Source: Parcubacteria group bacterium Gr01-1014_38 (lineage in GTDB: Bacteria > Patescibacteriota > Andersenbacteria > UBA10190 > CAIZMI01). From it: a DNA stretch of 64,000 nucleotides. Shown in pieces: positions 28,835-37,076 of the stretch. A program made the translations under genes and the position numbers. The stretch is taken from positions 6,988 through 70,987 of the forward strand of contig VMFP01000004.1 in assembly GCA_007376145.1 (NCBI GenBank), read 5' to 3'. The notes beneath the pieces are model-generated. The model did not search any database. It was not told the DNA's origin and saw only the letters and a program-made list of their open reading frames with translations. The stretch's first letter is position 1. Every line of letters begins with the position of its first letter.

Positions 28835-28845
28835 TCGCGGGTTGA

Positions 28846-29796
28846 TCACGCTCTCGAGGAGAAGGTGGCACCAGCGCGGGCGAGAAGACGAGAGCGTTTC
28901 TCACTGAACGTAGGAAGAAGCCGAATCAATTCCGGCAACGCTGGCCACAGTGTGGGCGTGAACAGCCACTGGAAACCGCGGGCGGCGCTTTCAAGGGCTA
29001 TCCACGGCGCATGGCGAATGAGCACGCGCGTCGGAACGTTTTTGATAAGGACGAGAAAGTAATTCCGCCACGAGAGTCGCGCAACAGGCGGATCCTTCGC
29101 CGTATCCACCCGTACCGTGCGGACGTGGGTTGCGCGCGCATCCTGCGCGCCCACAATCTCCCAGCCTCGAAGCCTGAGCCGCCAAGACAAATCCACGTCC
29201 TCCCGGTATGCGAAAAGATCCTCATCGAACACTTCCCCATCGAGTGCGACATCGTGAAGCGCTCGTCGGCGGAGGAACGCAGCTGCCCCGGTAAACCCCC
29301 ACGGCTGCGCCAGCGACCTTGAGGGAACTGCGGAAAGCGTCTGATCCTCGTACTGGTTCACTGCCCGGAGGCTTGGCAAGAGCCGAGTGCCATAGGAGTC
29401 GATGATCGTCGCGTCTCCCTGCTCCGTACTTCCTCCTTCCTGCTTCCTGAGTAAAAGCGGCGCCACCGCTCCAACCTGCTCAGCGGAAAACCCCTTCAAG
29501 CCCTGCTCGACAAAATCAGGAGCGAGCACCACGTCAGGGTTGAGCACAATCACAACCTCAGAATTCGGCAGTGCACGGAATCCGTCATTGTGCCCACCGC
29601 TGTACCCGCGATTTGTTGTATTGGCGACAATCCGCACGGCGGGGAACTTTTCTCGAACGAATTCGACCGAACCGTCGGTTGAAGCGTTATCAATGTAGAC
29701 GACCGGCACTGACACCGTTTGCTGGAAGCAGGACCGAAGACAGGACTCGAGGTAGTGCCGGTGGTTCCGCCCCAGAACCTGAATGTGCGCCGTCAT
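28846..29796 (-). CDS. Glycosyltransferase family 2
   Basis: IDNASTDGS, LNPD, FAYREDVDLSWR; start at ATG 29796. Confidence 0.92.
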   Translation of the reverse strand: MTAHIQVLGRNHRHYLESCLRSCFQQTVSVPVVYIDNASTDGSVEFVREKFPAVRIVANTTNRGYSGGHNDGFRALPNSEVVIVLNPDVVLAPDFVEQGLKGFSAEQVGAVAPLLLRKQEGGSTEQGDATIIDSYGTRLLPSLRAVNQYEDQTLSAVPSRSLAQPWGFTGAAAFLRRRALHDVALDGEVFDEDLFAYREDVDLSWRLRLRGWEIVGAQDARATHVRTVRVDTAKDPPVARLSWRNYFLVLIKNVPTRVLIRHAPWIALESAARGFQWLFTPTLWPALPELIRLLPTFSEKRSRLLARAGATFSSRA

Positions 29797-31205
29797 GACC
29801 GACTTCGTGCCCCCGCAACAAGACCTGCAAATGTCCAAAAGTAGAGGTTGGCTGGGAACATATCCGTCACATCAAGAAAGAGCCAGAGGACTGCAAGACC
29901 ACAGACTGCCGCGGTCGCGGCCACGCCAATCGCGCGAGTTTCCGGATCGGTTGCGTGCCGGAGCGCGAGGAGTCCAAGCCTCACGAGATGCGCGGCAATC
30001 CACCCGACGATAACGAGACCGATTGCGCCTTGCTCTACCCACGTCTTCACCACGCCGTTATCCACGAACGTGCGAGCTTTCGCAACTTGGACCTCCTGCG
30101 CGCCAGCCGACACGATGTCGTACAGCGAAATCTCTGCCGTGCGCTGCAACAGCGTGGTCGTATCGCCGAGCCCTTCTCCGATAACCGCGCCGACATTCGA
30201 AATTCCCACCAGTGAACCGGCAGCAATCTCGAGACGGGTCTTGTTGCTTTGGTACGCTGGATCCGCGACGGCACGGACAAACTGCCGAACGCGCGGGACA
30301 GCGAGCACGGCACTGCCGAAGAGAACCATCGTGAGAAACGCGGCTCCCACTGCCCGGGGCGCCAAGGCCACTCGCGGCAGCACTGCCGCACTGATGAGCG
30401 CAACGGGAACGGCGATCCACGCGCTGCGCGAATACGTGAGGGTAGTCGCAACAAGGCCAGCGGCGGTGAGGATCCCTGCGCCGAGCCGGAGTCCTCGCGG
30501 CAGTCCTCGGATTCCCGTTACGGCCGCCGCGAGTGCGAGCGTGAAGACGAGGTATCCTCCGAGGTGATTCGGGTGAGCGAGCACGCTGGAGACGCGCGGA
30601 ATCCAGACCTGACGTGCGGCATCAAACCGGAGGACCATGCTGTCCGGAAACTGCAGCCGCTGAATTCCTGCGAGGAGGAGAATGAGTCCCGCGGTGCCGA
30701 GGAAAACCGTGAAAAAAGTCCGCTGCCGCTCGGTGGTGTGTATCTGCCGCGCCGCAATGACGAGAAGCGGGATATAGAGGAGGAGATCGCGGAGCCGGAG
30801 AAGTCCGAGCGCGAAGGCATCCGCGCGAACGAACGTGACGAGATCCCACGCGACAAGCGCTAGCACCGGAACCCGAAGCGCGGGGGGGAGGAGCGACCCC
30901 CCTCCGCGGAGCGACTGCAGGAAGAGTGTGAGAATCACGACATCCTTCAAGACGGTGAGGGGCCCGAGAACCACCGTTGCCTTGAGGATAAGCAGAAACG
31001 GCGCGGTGGCGATCAGCAGAAGGAACGCTGGCCATGGGTATCGCCACGTCCCAACAGCCACCCAGGCGGCGGCGAGAAATAGCAGTCCAGCTTGCGCACT
31101 AAAGAACAACCCGAGGAACAGCGCCGTGGCGCCAACCCCAAGCATCGCCAGAAGTGCCGTTCCTCCGAGCGGCTGGCGGAGTGCCACGAGGAGAGAAGCG
31201 ATCAT
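29793..31205 (-). CDS. O-antigen ligase/Wzy_C-like membrane protein
   Basis: Multi-TM; RVSSVLAHPNHLG, TYSRSAW, GEGLG, DNG...EQG. Confidence 0.82.
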   Translation of the reverse strand: MIASLLVALRQPLGGTALLAMLGVGATALFLGLFFSAQAGLLFLAAAWVAVGTWRYPWPAFLLLIATAPFLLILKATVVLGPLTVLKDVVILTLFLQSLRGGGSLLPPALRVPVLALVAWDLVTFVRADAFALGLLRLRDLLLYIPLLVIAARQIHTTERQRTFFTVFLGTAGLILLLAGIQRLQFPDSMVLRFDAARQVWIPRVSSVLAHPNHLGGYLVFTLALAAAVTGIRGLPRGLRLGAGILTAAGLVATTLTYSRSAWIAVPVALISAAVLPRVALAPRAVGAAFLTMVLFGSAVLAVPRVRQFVRAVADPAYQSNKTRLEIAAGSLVGISNVGAVIGEGLGDTTTLLQRTAEISLYDIVSAGAQEVQVAKARTFVDNGVVKTWVEQGAIGLVIVGWIAAHLVRLGLLALRHATDPETRAIGVAATAAVCGLAVLWLFLDVTDMFPANLYFWTFAGLVAGARSRS

Positions 31206-32101
31206 ACGCGACGGACGCTCGGCGGCTTCCGTGAAAGTGAGGCGATGAGTGCCGTACCGAGGCTCACTGGCACGAGGGTGGAAAGCCCGATTGCCGCCCA
31301 CCAGCCCTGATGTTTCCACGTGTACCGAAGGGCACTGCGCGAAAACTGCCACGCGCGCCAGAGCGGAGAGACTTGGGCGAACGACGTCGCGCGATCATGG
31401 ACAACCTCCGCAGATGGCGTAAACCACGTTTCCCAGCCGGCCAACTTTGCGCGACGACAGTAGTCCACTTCCTCGAACCAAATCCAATACCCTTCGTCGA
31501 GAAGGCCAATGACGTCAACGACGCCGCGCCGGATGGCGAAGCACGCCCCCATCACTTGGTCAACCTTGGTGTCGCGGCCGTACGGAAAGTCCGCCATTTC
31601 GTAACGGCGTATTGCTGGAAAAGAAGTTTGCAGCCGCGCAAGACGGGTGAGAAGTAAGGCGAGCACGATCGGCGTCGGGAACCGACGAACCGATCGCTGC
31701 AGACTACCATCCGTATTCAGTAATTTCCCACCGACAATGCCGGCTTTCGGGTGAGTCGCAAAGAAGTTCATGAGTGCCGAAAAACTTCCGGGTCGCGGTT
31801 CTGTATCTGGGTTGAGAAGGAGAAGAATGTCGCCGCGTGCTTGCCGAAGGGCGATGTTATTTGCGCGGGCGAAGCCGACGTTTTTCGGAAGTGAAATATG
31901 AGTAAAAGGTTGGTAACTCTCGCGTGCGTGTGTCAGTGAATTATCCCGCGAGGCATTATCCACGACGAAGACTTCGTACTTGAAGGGTACGCACGTAGCT
32001 GCTCCATCCACAACCTTGAGAGCCGCGTACGGCAGCGCATCGAGACATTTCCGGAGCAGTGGTCCGGTATTCCAATTCACGATGATGATGGACAATTTCA
32101 T
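31202..32101 (-). CDS. Glycosyltransferase family 2
   Basis: LSIIIVNWN, VVDNASRD, LNPD, WFEEVDYC. Confidence 0.93.
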   Translation of the reverse strand: MKLSIIIVNWNTGPLLRKCLDALPYAALKVVDGAATCVPFKYEVFVVDNASRDNSLTHARESYQPFTHISLPKNVGFARANNIALRQARGDILLLLNPDTEPRPGSFSALMNFFATHPKAGIVGGKLLNTDGSLQRSVRRFPTPIVLALLLTRLARLQTSFPAIRRYEMADFPYGRDTKVDQVMGACFAIRRGVVDVIGLLDEGYWIWFEEVDYCRRAKLAGWETWFTPSAEVVHDRATSFAQVSPLWRAWQFSRSALRYTWKHQGWWAAIGLSTLVPVSLGTALIASLSRKPPSVRRV

Positions 32102-33198
32102 GCGCCTGCTTTTTCAATCACCTCGGCAGTCTGTTCCGCCGCTCGGTCCCACGTGAAGTGAGACGCGCGTACGTGCCCCTTCGCAACCATGTCCTGCCGG
32201 AGTGAGGAATCGCGGAGAATACGGAGGATCGCGCTCGCCATCGCCGACGGATCCGAGGGATCAACAAGAACCGCCGCATTGCCGACAACCTCTGGAAGCG
32301 AGGAAGTGTTCGAAGTAATCACCGGCGTTCCGGCCGCCATTGCTTCTAACACTGGCATACCGAAGCCCTCCGAGAAACTCGGGAGCACAAAGGCAGCAGC
32401 CATGGAGTACAAAGCTGCAAGATCGTCACGTGGAACACGTCGGAGAAGATGAATCGAATTTCGAACGGACGACGTTTCAATCCGAGCGAGAATCTGTGTT
32501 TCTTTCCACTCCCCGCCACCCGCGAAGACGAGATGCACGGCAGGCTCCGAGCGCTTCAGTTCCTCGAACGCAGTGATGAGACCAACAATGTTTTTCCGGG
32601 GTTGGAGCGCCCCAACAAACAACACATATCGCTCAGGAAGCTGGTATCGCTCCCGAATCCCTTCCCTTTCCTCGGCATTCTGAAATTGCTCTTGCGCCAC
32701 TCCGTGATGCACCACGGTGATGTCGGTCGGGGAGCGTCCATACGTACTCACTACATCGTCCTTCGTGTACTGCGAGACGGCGATGAGCTGGGTCGCGTTT
32801 CGCACCGCGTGCCGCGTGAAAAAAAGGAGGAGTGCGCGGTTCGCAAGAGTGTATGTCGCTGGATAATGGATGAACTCGAGATCATGGACCACCGCGACCG
32901 TCTTCATCGTTCGCGGTCGTATGAGAGGCAGCATCTGAATCGGCATGAACAAGACATCCGGCCGATCGCGACGAAGTGCTGCGGCAAAGAATCGCTGCGT
33001 CCAAAACGGACTTCCCGGGACCACACGAATTTCACCTACGATCGTCACTCCACGTGGCGACGCTGGAAGATATGTCGTGACCTCGTGTCCGCGGTCGCGC
33101 AACAGGCGAGAAAGCCGCGGGAGAAGCTCTCCGGCATACACGCTCGGCCCCTCGAAGCGGTCCGCCGCGAGGTCCGAGCCATCAAGCGCAATCCGCAC
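32098..33198 (-). CDS. Glycosyltransferase family 4
   Basis: GTG start (VRIALDG), VHDL, PRKN, SEGFGMPVLEAMAAG. Confidence 0.93.
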   Translation of the reverse strand: MRIALDGSDLAADRFEGPSVYAGELLPRLSRLLRDRGHEVTTYLPASPRGVTIVGEIRVVPGSPFWTQRFFAAALRRDRPDVLFMPIQMLPLIRPRTMKTVAVVHDLEFIHYPATYTLANRALLLFFTRHAVRNATQLIAVSQYTKDDVVSTYGRSPTDITVVHHGVAQEQFQNAEEREGIRERYQLPERYVLFVGALQPRKNIVGLITAFEELKRSEPAVHLVFAGGGEWKETQILARIETSSVRNSIHLLRRVPRDDLAALYSMAAAFVLPSFSEGFGMPVLEAMAAGTPVITSNTSSLPEVVGNAAVLVDPSDPSAMASAILRILRDSSLRQDMVAKGHVRASHFTWDRAAEQTAEVIEKAGA

Positions 33199-33234
33199 GC
33201 GACGCAGCCTAGGTGAGTTTCTTCCTTTTGACAA
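33173..33234 (-). repeat. Copy 1 of promoter plus GT4 5' end (the functional start)
   Basis: TTGTCA-17-TAGGCT-7-GTG CGG ATT GCG CTT GAT GG. Confidence 0.85.
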
Positions 33235-33276
33235 CGGCTCTATGTGTTGAATGGGTTGAACGGGCCGAGCAACCAA

Positions 33277-33305
33277 TTGACAAAATCCTGTCCGGCAGAT
33301 ATACT
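33277..33305 (+). promoter_or_regulatory. Near-consensus sigma70 promoter facing the 3' end of the NYN gene
   Basis: TTGACA-17 bp-TATACT. Confidence 0.8.
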
Positions 33306-33311
33306 GAAAGC

Positions 33312-33353
33312 ACTAAACGTGGGGCGGATATTTCGCATGTCCGCCCCGTTTTT
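33312..33353 (+). ncRNA. Putative ~42 nt small RNA consisting mostly of a terminator hairpin
   Basis: ggggcggatat-ttcgc-atgtccgcccc-gttttt lies directly after the promoter; no ORF between them. Confidence 0.5.
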
Positions 33354-33987
33354 ATTTCTTGGGCTCCTCGAACCTTAAGGCTTTTTCGAGCCGAACAAAG
33401 TCTCGGAAGTTCGCACCAGCAAATTTGCGGATCTCACGTGCAGTCCTAGAACCACGTGCGAGAATAATGATTTCCTCTCTTTCCTCACGAAGATACTTAA
33501 GGACCGGAAGGAAATCTCCGTCCCCCGAGAGAATAACGGCACGATCAAAATTTTCTTTCTCTTTCATAAGCCGGAAGGCCATATCGACGTCACAATTCGC
33601 TTTGCGTTTCGTGCTGCCGTCGTCCTGGTCGTACAACTTCACGGGTTTTAAGTAGAGCTCGTACCCGAAGCTCTGGAGCTTTCGGTAAAAGCGCACTCGC
33701 TGGAGATGTCGCCCAAGAAGGAGTAATTCCGCCTCGTTGAGTTCTTTGCCTTCGTTCTTAATACGCTCAGTGAGATAGTCTTCCAAGTCTTCAAGCGGTA
33801 CCGACTCAAACGCAAGGTAATCAAACGGAAACGTGTGAATCTCAACCCCACCAAAATACAGCGCGCGGGTTACCCCGTACTTCTTGCGCAGGTACTGCAG
33901 AAGTTTTCGATAATCAATTTTCCAACCAAGACTCTTCTCGCCTCCATAGAAGAGGTTTGATGCATCGATAAACGCAAGTGTTCTCAC
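33352..33987 (-). CDS. NYN domain (LabA/DUF88, PIN-like) ribonuclease
   Basis: FIDASN, KANCDVDM, LSGDGDF; extended -10 TGtTACACT 7 nt before the GTG; AT-richer. Confidence 0.9.
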   Translation of the reverse strand: MRTLAFIDASNLFYGGEKSLGWKIDYRKLLQYLRKKYGVTRALYFGGVEIHTFPFDYLAFESVPLEDLEDYLTERIKNEGKELNEAELLLLGRHLQRVRFYRKLQSFGYELYLKPVKLYDQDDGSTKRKANCDVDMAFRLMKEKENFDRAVILSGDGDFLPVLKYLREEREEIIILARGSRTAREIRKFAGANFRDFVRLEKALRFEEPKK

Positions 33988-34050
33988 GCCGAGAAGTGTA
34001 ACATTGCTTTGTATTTCGCGTGTGCTATGCCCGCTTCCCTAGATTGCAAC

Positions 34051-34106
34051 CCATCAAGCGCAATCCGCACGCGAGGTAGCCTAGGCGAGGCTTGCTCTGT
34101 TGGCAA
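34051..34106 (-). repeat. Copy 2 of promoter plus GT4 5' end
   Basis: 34051-34089 matches 33179-33217 at 36/39 nt; TTGCCA-17-TAGGCT-7-GTG. Confidence 0.85.
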
Positions 34107-34115
34107 CCGACGATC

Positions 34116-34144
34116 TTGACGTGGGCAGTCCTGCAATATATCCT
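34116..34144 (+). promoter_or_regulatory. sigma70 promoter for the 34209 ORF
   Basis: TTGACG-17 bp-TATCCT. Confidence 0.65.
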
Positions 34145-34208
34145 CGGCGTGGTGTTGTCCTTTCTCACGCCGCAACAAGCGCGGCATAGTTCTCACGGAG
34201 TATGTCAC

Positions 34209-35171
34209 ATGCCTGACCCAAGCACGCAGCGACCACCACACCCTCTCCTAACCCGAGAACTGCGTCTGATCCGGACCTGGAAGGAGTGGAAAAAACTCTG
34301 GGACGAGGAGGTGCATCCGGAACGCCTGCTCGGCCTTCTCCACTTCGGCTTCAATGTCACAGAGTTTGACGCAGGAGAGTGGCCTGAACGAGTTCTCCTC
34401 TACCTTTCCATCGCAGATGGACATGCGTGGGAAATCTCGAAGCCAGGAACGCAGAAATATGAAATCTCCTGGTCAACCTTCGGAAAACCCACGACATGGT
34501 CAAAGGTGCGTCAGCTGATCGCCCAAAAAGCGTTCAAGGAACTCTGTCAGCACCTCTTCAAATACACCCGGTCGCATCATGATGAAGAACCGTCCTGGCT
34601 TCAGCCACTCACCCAGAACTCCTGCCAACTCTTGGATGCGGTACTCGCGTTCTTCCTCCTGCATGACACGCTCGAACCTCAGCTACGCAATCTCCCGCGA
34701 GACGACAAGAGTCATGAGTACGGACTGACCGTCTCCTTCCTCCTCAGCCTGTGTGACTTCGGATGGAAGCTTCGCACGCTCCGCGAGTATGGAGCCGATA
34801 TAGAAGTCGCGGAGAACCTCCGACAGCGCCGTCCGCAGTTCATTCGCGTACTTGCAGGTCTCAAAAGGCTCGATCTCGTGACGACGAAGAGCATGGAACT
34901 CGACGAGGCGGACTGCGACATGCTACGGAAGATCGCACTCGGCACGGAGCTCTACCTCCCCACCGAGCCGAACTGGGGAGAGAAGCACCGGCTTCCAAAA
35001 ACGCTGGAAGAAGCGGTCGCCGGCGGATCTTCTGCAGCCAGACTCCTACTCCTGCATAAGATAAAACTCCAGGAGAAAGCCCGCTTTGCGCAGCTTCGAA
35101 AACTCGCAGCCACGCAGGAAGATGCTTCTCTACAGATCGAACGACTAAAAACTTCGCAGACAAAGTCCTAA
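34209..35171 (+). CDS. Hypothetical alpha-helical protein (320 aa)
   Basis: Long ORF with promoter, GGAG SD and terminator; no motif recognised. Confidence 0.8.
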   Translation: MPDPSTQRPPHPLLTRELRLIRTWKEWKKLWDEEVHPERLLGLLHFGFNVTEFDAGEWPERVLLYLSIADGHAWEISKPGTQKYEISWSTFGKPTTWSKVRQLIAQKAFKELCQHLFKYTRSHHDEEPSWLQPLTQNSCQLLDAVLAFFLLHDTLEPQLRNLPRDDKSHEYGLTVSFLLSLCDFGWKLRTLREYGADIEVAENLRQRRPQFIRVLAGLKRLDLVTTKSMELDEADCDMLRKIALGTELYLPTEPNWGEKHRLPKTLEEAVAGGSSAARLLLLHKIKLQEKARFAQLRKLAATQEDASLQIERLKTSQTKS

Positions 35172-35194
35172 ATGGAGGCACAAATGCAAATGCT

Positions 35195-35222
35195 CCCCGC
35201 CGCAATCGCGACGGGGTTTTTT
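35195..35222 (+). terminator. Intrinsic terminator
   Basis: ccccgccgc-aatc-gcgacgggg-tttttt. Confidence 0.65.
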
Positions 35223-35264
35223 CTTCTCATCGTTGCAATCCTCTGCCCCCCAAAACACGAGTAC

Positions 35265-35297
35265 AAAAGAAACCGCCGCGAGGAAATCCTCGCGGCG
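35265..35297 (-). terminator. Intrinsic terminator
   Basis: cgccgcgagga/tcctcgcggcg stem with a U-rich tail on the minus strand. Confidence 0.65.
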
Positions 35298-35304
35298 TGG
35301 GGGT

Positions 35305-35595
35305 TCACGATTTGGGAAGTCTGACAATACGATTCCCCGCAATCACCCATGGGCTCGGGTCGAAGCGAACAACAAACGACGGGACGGGAGGCCAGGCGCG
35401 AGCAGGATCTTCTTCGATGACTGTCCCGGCAAAGTCCTGCTCGCACTCTTTCTCAACAACATGGGCACTCACCATTCGTATTCCCTTCTCCCCGTGAGGA
35501 TAGATGGCCCCAATCACCCATCCTTCCAGGAGAAGCTCGACGATAGGGGTGCCCGGGAGCACAGAGCGCTCCGCGATTCGGAAATCAATAGGCAT
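35305..35595 (-). CDS. Hypothetical protein (96 aa)
   Basis: AAAGGAG SD, followed by a terminator. Confidence 0.7.
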   Translation of the reverse strand: MPIDFRIAERSVLPGTPIVELLLEGWVIGAIYPHGEKGIRMVSAHVVEKECEQDFAGTVIEEDPARAWPPVPSFVVRFDPSPWVIAGNRIVRLPKS

Positions 35596-35669
35596 CAGTC
35601 TCTCCTTTCAGTGTCTTTCGTTCTGGGGATCGAAGGTGAAATGAACAAGCTACACAAGACGCTCAAAAA

Positions 35670-35730
35670 TCCGAACCATCAAGCGCAATCCGCACGGGCA
35701 CACTCTACGCAGAGCAGCCGTTCCTGACAA
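35670..35730 (-). repeat. Copy 3 of promoter plus GT4 5' end (relic reading VRIALDGSDF*)
   Basis: 35670-35696 matches 33173-33199 at 26/27 nt; TTGTCA-17-TAGAGT-6-GTG. Confidence 0.85.
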
Positions 35731-35780
35731 GGCACAGGAGAAGATGAAATATTCCTTCCGGCAATTCCTCATTTCCAAGA

Positions 35781-35805
35781 AAAGTGCTTTCATATAAGAG
35801 AGCAG
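35781..35805. promoter_or_regulatory. Imperfect palindrome (putative operator) overlapping the TrpR-like start
   Basis: aaagtgctttcatataagagagcag. Confidence 0.55.
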
Positions 35806-36206
35806 TGAGCAGAACTTACCGAAGAAAACTTGATGCACCACGCGCTCTCACACTGATTGAGCAAACGTTCCACACGGCCTCCCGTCAGAAGAATTTTCGG
35901 CGCTTTCTTACGGAGTTCTTTACCGTGAACGAGCGCGACACTTTTGCTCAACGCCTCCGTATCGCCTGGTTTCTTCATGCGGGCCACAGCTTCCGACTTA
36001 TTCAAGACGAAACGGGTGCCTCGTTTCGTACCATTACGACTCTCGACCGCTGGCTGAAAAAGCAGAATCCGCGCTACCGGCGGATCATTCCGCTCCACAG
36101 ACATAGACACCGAAAGCACGCCGCCCAACGTTTTCCAGGAGACCGGCCATTGCCCGGGAGCATCAAAGCATTCACACGGAGTCTCCTCGGCACGGATATT
36201 CTCTAA
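35805..36206 (+). CDS. TrpR-like (YerC/YecD) repressor
   Basis: FLTEFFTVNERDTFAQRLRIAWFLHAGHSFRLIQDETGASFRTIT fits the TrpR HTH pattern; GTG start at 35805. Confidence 0.8.
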   Translation: MSRTYRRKLDAPRALTLIEQTFHTASRQKNFRRFLTEFFTVNERDTFAQRLRIAWFLHAGHSFRLIQDETGASFRTITTLDRWLKKQNPRYRRIIPLHRHRHRKHAAQRFPGDRPLPGSIKAFTRSLLGTDIL

Positions 36207-36210
36207 ATTC

Positions 36211-36235
36211 AAAGTGCTCTCTTACAAGAGAGCAC
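36211..36235. promoter_or_regulatory. Palindrome downstream of the TrpR-like gene (second operator or terminator)
   Basis: aaa-gtgctctctt-ac-aagagagcac, 21/25 identical to 35781-35805. Confidence 0.6.
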
Positions 36236-36274
36236 ATTCAAGTTTTCTAATTCACGCTACGACCGTCGGGATCG

Positions 36275-37069
36275 CTATTTCCACGCCAGGATGGCCCGGA
36301 CGCTTCTTTCGTCTTTGAGCTTTCCGTTTGGGCTAAGTCCGCGTAGCATCCTCGCTAGTTCCTTTTCAAATATCTTTATCCTGTCTCCGAATAACTCTCT
36401 GCGAGCAAATGATGTGGAGTAGAGATTACCAATGATCTGGTGAATGTTCCGCTCCACGCGCTGTTTATAATTGTGAGTTTCAATCTTCGAAAACGAGCAT
36501 TCCATGATGATGTCCTCAAACCGACGTGTATCAGTGGGAAACGTCCCCGTGCCCGCACGGCGCTCCTCTCCGAGATACGTCTTAACGAGTTTCACGATTC
36601 CTTGCTGCCAGTCCTTATCGCTCTTCCAGATATCCTGGCGGCTCACCACCGCAAGTCCGCCACCCGGCATGAGAAGTTCATAAACCTTTGCAAGAACCTT
36701 TTTCTTCTCCATCCAATGGAGCGCGGTGCCGATCGTCACGAGTCTGAACGAGCCAGGACGGTCTACGTACTCCTCCGCCGTGCTCTTCACCCATGAGATA
36801 TCCCTCGCGCCCGCTTTCGCGGCGCGCTGCTTCCCCTCCTCGATCATATCCGCATCGGGCTCAACTGCCACCACTTCCTCAAAGTCCCTGCACAGCAGCA
36901 CGGCGAGTTCTCCCGTTCCCGTTCCTAAGTCGAGGAGTCGGCCAGTGCCGTCCAGGGAAAATTTCTTTCTGAGCAATTCAAAGAAGCTCTGTGGATACGG
37001 TACTCGATAACGGGCATAGTACCAGGCTGCCCCTCTGAAGAGTGTCTCGTCGTATACGCTCGTGCTCAT
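36275..37069 (-). CDS. Class I SAM-dependent methyltransferase
   Basis: YARYRVPYP, LLDLGTGTG, VEPD, ALHW; AT-richer. Confidence 0.9.
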   Translation of the reverse strand: MSTSVYDETLFRGAAWYYARYRVPYPQSFFELLRKKFSLDGTGRLLDLGTGTGELAVLLCRDFEEVVAVEPDADMIEEGKQRAAKAGARDISWVKSTAEEYVDRPGSFRLVTIGTALHWMEKKKVLAKVYELLMPGGGLAVVSRQDIWKSDKDWQQGIVKLVKTYLGEERRAGTGTFPTDTRRFEDIIMECSFSKIETHNYKQRVERNIHQIIGNLYSTSFARRELFGDRIKIFEKELARMLRGLSPNGKLKDERSVRAILAWK

Positions 37070-37076
37070 ATAGGGA

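Noticed and set aside
28379-28849. 156-aa minus-strand ORF in the GT operon gap
   Set aside because: The plus-strand ORF 28436-28786 has the SD, promoter and terminator support.
33222-33234. boxA-like ttccttttgacaa
   Set aside because: Better explained as the minus-strand -35 (TTGTCA) of the GT4 promoter.
33173-35730. CRISPR array or attC integron interpretation of the three repeats
   Set aside because: Spacing is 0.9-1.6 kb, the repeats are a gene start plus promoter, they are not palindromic attC-like sites, and no cas or intI gene is present.
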